NCBI RefSeq assembly: GCF_963921235.1
Contig: NC_086101.1
Span: 14,756,001-14,820,000, forward strand
Source: Mobula hypostoma
Lineage: Eukaryota
Direction: 5' to 3'
Length of the DNA stretch: 64,000 nt
Position 1 is the first letter of the stretch, and each line of letters opens with the position of its first letter. The position numbers and the translations under genes are program-made. This document shows, piece by piece, positions 62,165-64,000 of the stretch. Under the pieces are notes generated by a model. That model was not told the origin of the DNA, searched no databases, and saw only the letters and a list, made by a program, of their open reading frames with translations.

Positions 62165-64000
62165 TCAGATTGCAGTATGAATAATAAGTTTACCGTCCTG
62201 GATACTGTTGGCGGGGACGACCGACCAGGTGTGAGCCATGGTGGCAGGCCCTCCGGCACTGAGTCTGACCCTGTGGTGCAGAAGGGTGGGACGGAGAAGA
62301 GGAGAGCTGTCGTCATTGGACACTCTATAGTCAGGGGAGCAGACAGGAGATTTTGTGGACATGAGAAGGACACCCGCATGGTCTGTTGCCTCCCGGGTGC
62401 CAGGGTCCGGGATGTCTCTGACCGGGTGCACGACATCCTGGTACGAGAGGGAAAGCAACCAGAAGTCGTGATACATGTCGGGACCAACGACATAGGTAGG
62501 AAGAGGGATGAGGTCCTGAAGTCTGAGTTTCGGGAATTAGGCAGAAGGCTGAAGAACAGGACCTCAAGGGTAATGTTCTCAGGATTGCTGCCAGTGCTAC
62601 GTGACAGAGATGGTAAGAATTGGAGGAGATGGCAGTTGAATGCGTGGCTGAGGAGTTGGTGCAGGGAGCAGGGTTTTAGATTTTTAGATCATTGGAATCT
62701 CTTCTGGGGAAGGTGGGACCTATACAGATTGGATGGGTTGCATCTGAACTCGAGGGGGAACAATATCCTTGCAGGCAGGTTTGCTAGCATGGTTCGGGAG
62801 GGTTTAAACTAATTTGCGAGGGGGATGGGAGCCAGAGTGATAGAGCAGTGAAAGAAGTGCATGGAGTAAAGCCAGATCTAACATACAGAGAGGCTTTGAG
62901 GAAAGAGAAGCAGAATAAACGGTGTAAAGACAGTAAGGTAGAAGTGCTGAAATGTGTGTACCTCAATGCAGGAAGCATCAGGAACAAAGGTGATGAACTG
63001 AGAGCTTGGATACATACATGGAATTATGATGTAGTGGCCATTACAGAGACTTGGCTGGCACCAGGGCAGGAATGGATTCTCAATATTCCTGGATTTCAGT
63101 GCTTTAAAAGGGATAGAGAGGGCGTAAAAAGGGGAGGAGGGGTGGCATTACTGGTCAGGGATACTATTACAGCTACAGAAAGGATGGGTAATGTAGCAGG
63201 ATCCTCTTTTGAGTCAATATGGGTGGAAGTCAGGAACAGGAAGGGAGCAGTTACTCTACTGGGCGTATTCTATAGGCCCCCTGGTAGCAGCAGAGATACA
63301 GAGGGGCAGATTGGGAGGCAGATTTTGGAAAGGTGCAAAAATAACAGGGTTGTTATCATGGGTAACTTTAACTTCCCTAATATTGATTGGCACCTGATTA
63401 GTTCCAAGAGTTTAGATGGGGCAGAATTTGTTAAGTGTGTCCAGGATGGATTCCTGTCACAGTATGTGGACAGGCCGACCAGGGGGAATGCCATACTAGA
63501 TCTAGTACGAGGTAATGAACCGGGTCAGATCAAGGATCTCTCAGTGCGTGAGCATCTGGAGGACAGTGACCACCGCTCCCTGGCCTTTATAATTATCATG
63601 GAAAAGGATAGAATCAAAGAGGACAGGAAATTTTTTAATTGGGGAAAGGCAAATTATGAGGCTATGAGGCTAGAACTTGCGGGTGTGAATTGGGATGATG
63701 TTTTTGCAGGGAAATCTACTATGGAAATGTGGTCGATGTTTAGAGATCTCTTGCGGGATGTAAGGGATAAATTTGTCCCGGTGAGGAAGATAAAGAATGG
63801 TAGGATGAAGGAACCATGGGTGACAAGTGAGGTGTAAAATCTAGTCAGGAGGAAGGAGGCAGCATACATGAGGTTTAGGAAGCAAGGATCAGCTGGGTCT
63901 ATTGAGGAATATAGGGAAGCAAGAAAGGAGCTTAAGAAGGGGCTGAGAAGAGCAAGAAGGGAGCATGAGAGGGCCTTGGCGAGTAGGGTAAAGGAAAACC
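62165..64000 (+). mobile_element. CR1 (same family as 2342-6606), truncated within ORF1, with an open esterase region and ORF2 APE, running off the window
   Basis: Close match to 3010-4830. VIGHSIVRG, VGTNDI, DGLHLN and VAITETWL. Confidence 0.95.

Larger units (their letters stand above)
56738..62165 (+). mobile_element. Degenerate Ty3/Gypsy (sushi-like) LTR retrotransposon: 5' LTR 56738-58397, gag from 58414, protease, RT, RNase H
   Basis: TGTCA...TGACA LTR (split by a CR1). MDPADP; PEKYSGEPGTCRSFL...FPTDRAKV; CL*CGQTDHFISSCP knuckle; LVDSGA; LRPCIDY; [11 protein letters not shown]; YLDDIL; VEVDASD; [11 protein letters not shown]. Cut by a CR1 before the integrase. Confidence 0.92.

Noticed and set aside
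61844-62812. 322-aa ORF appearing to fuse Gypsy pol to an esterase
   Set aside because: Chance read-through at the junction of a truncated CR1 inserted into a dead Gypsy.

Overview
This is eukaryotic, repeat-saturated DNA, most likely from a cartilaginous fish (shark or ray). That assignment is an inference from the CR1-dominated repeat landscape, an HE1/V-SINE-like element and the vertebrate-type Penelope, Rex/Babar and Gypsy families. Most of the window is nested retroelements: several CR1 subfamilies (with an SGNH-esterase ORF1), Rex1/Babar, an L1/Tx1 3' end, RTE-derived non-autonomous elements, a degenerate Ty3/Gypsy element, a solo LTR, SINEs and Penelope-like elements (PLEs). Three things stand out. 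(1) An intact germline-joined VJ-type Ig V-set exon (NKp30/NCR3-like) at 529-870, with a pseudogenised paralog at about 33.4-33.7 kb. (2) A young, nearly intact 3.5-kb Penelope element bracketed by two minimal type-I hammerhead ribozymes, with three more core-intact and four decayed hammerheads elsewhere. (3) A hidden minus-strand cluster at about 42.3-56.4 kb. It contains a fragmented class-I fusion/envelope glycoprotein gene (signal peptide, furin site, fusion peptide, heptad, long ectodomain, TM anchor). A CR1 insertion splits this gene, and removing it at the 4-bp duplication restores the reading frame. The gene is flanked by intronless ORFs of unknown family, one present in two diverged copies. 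No associated gag-pol was found in the window. All alignments were done by eye; no database search was possible.
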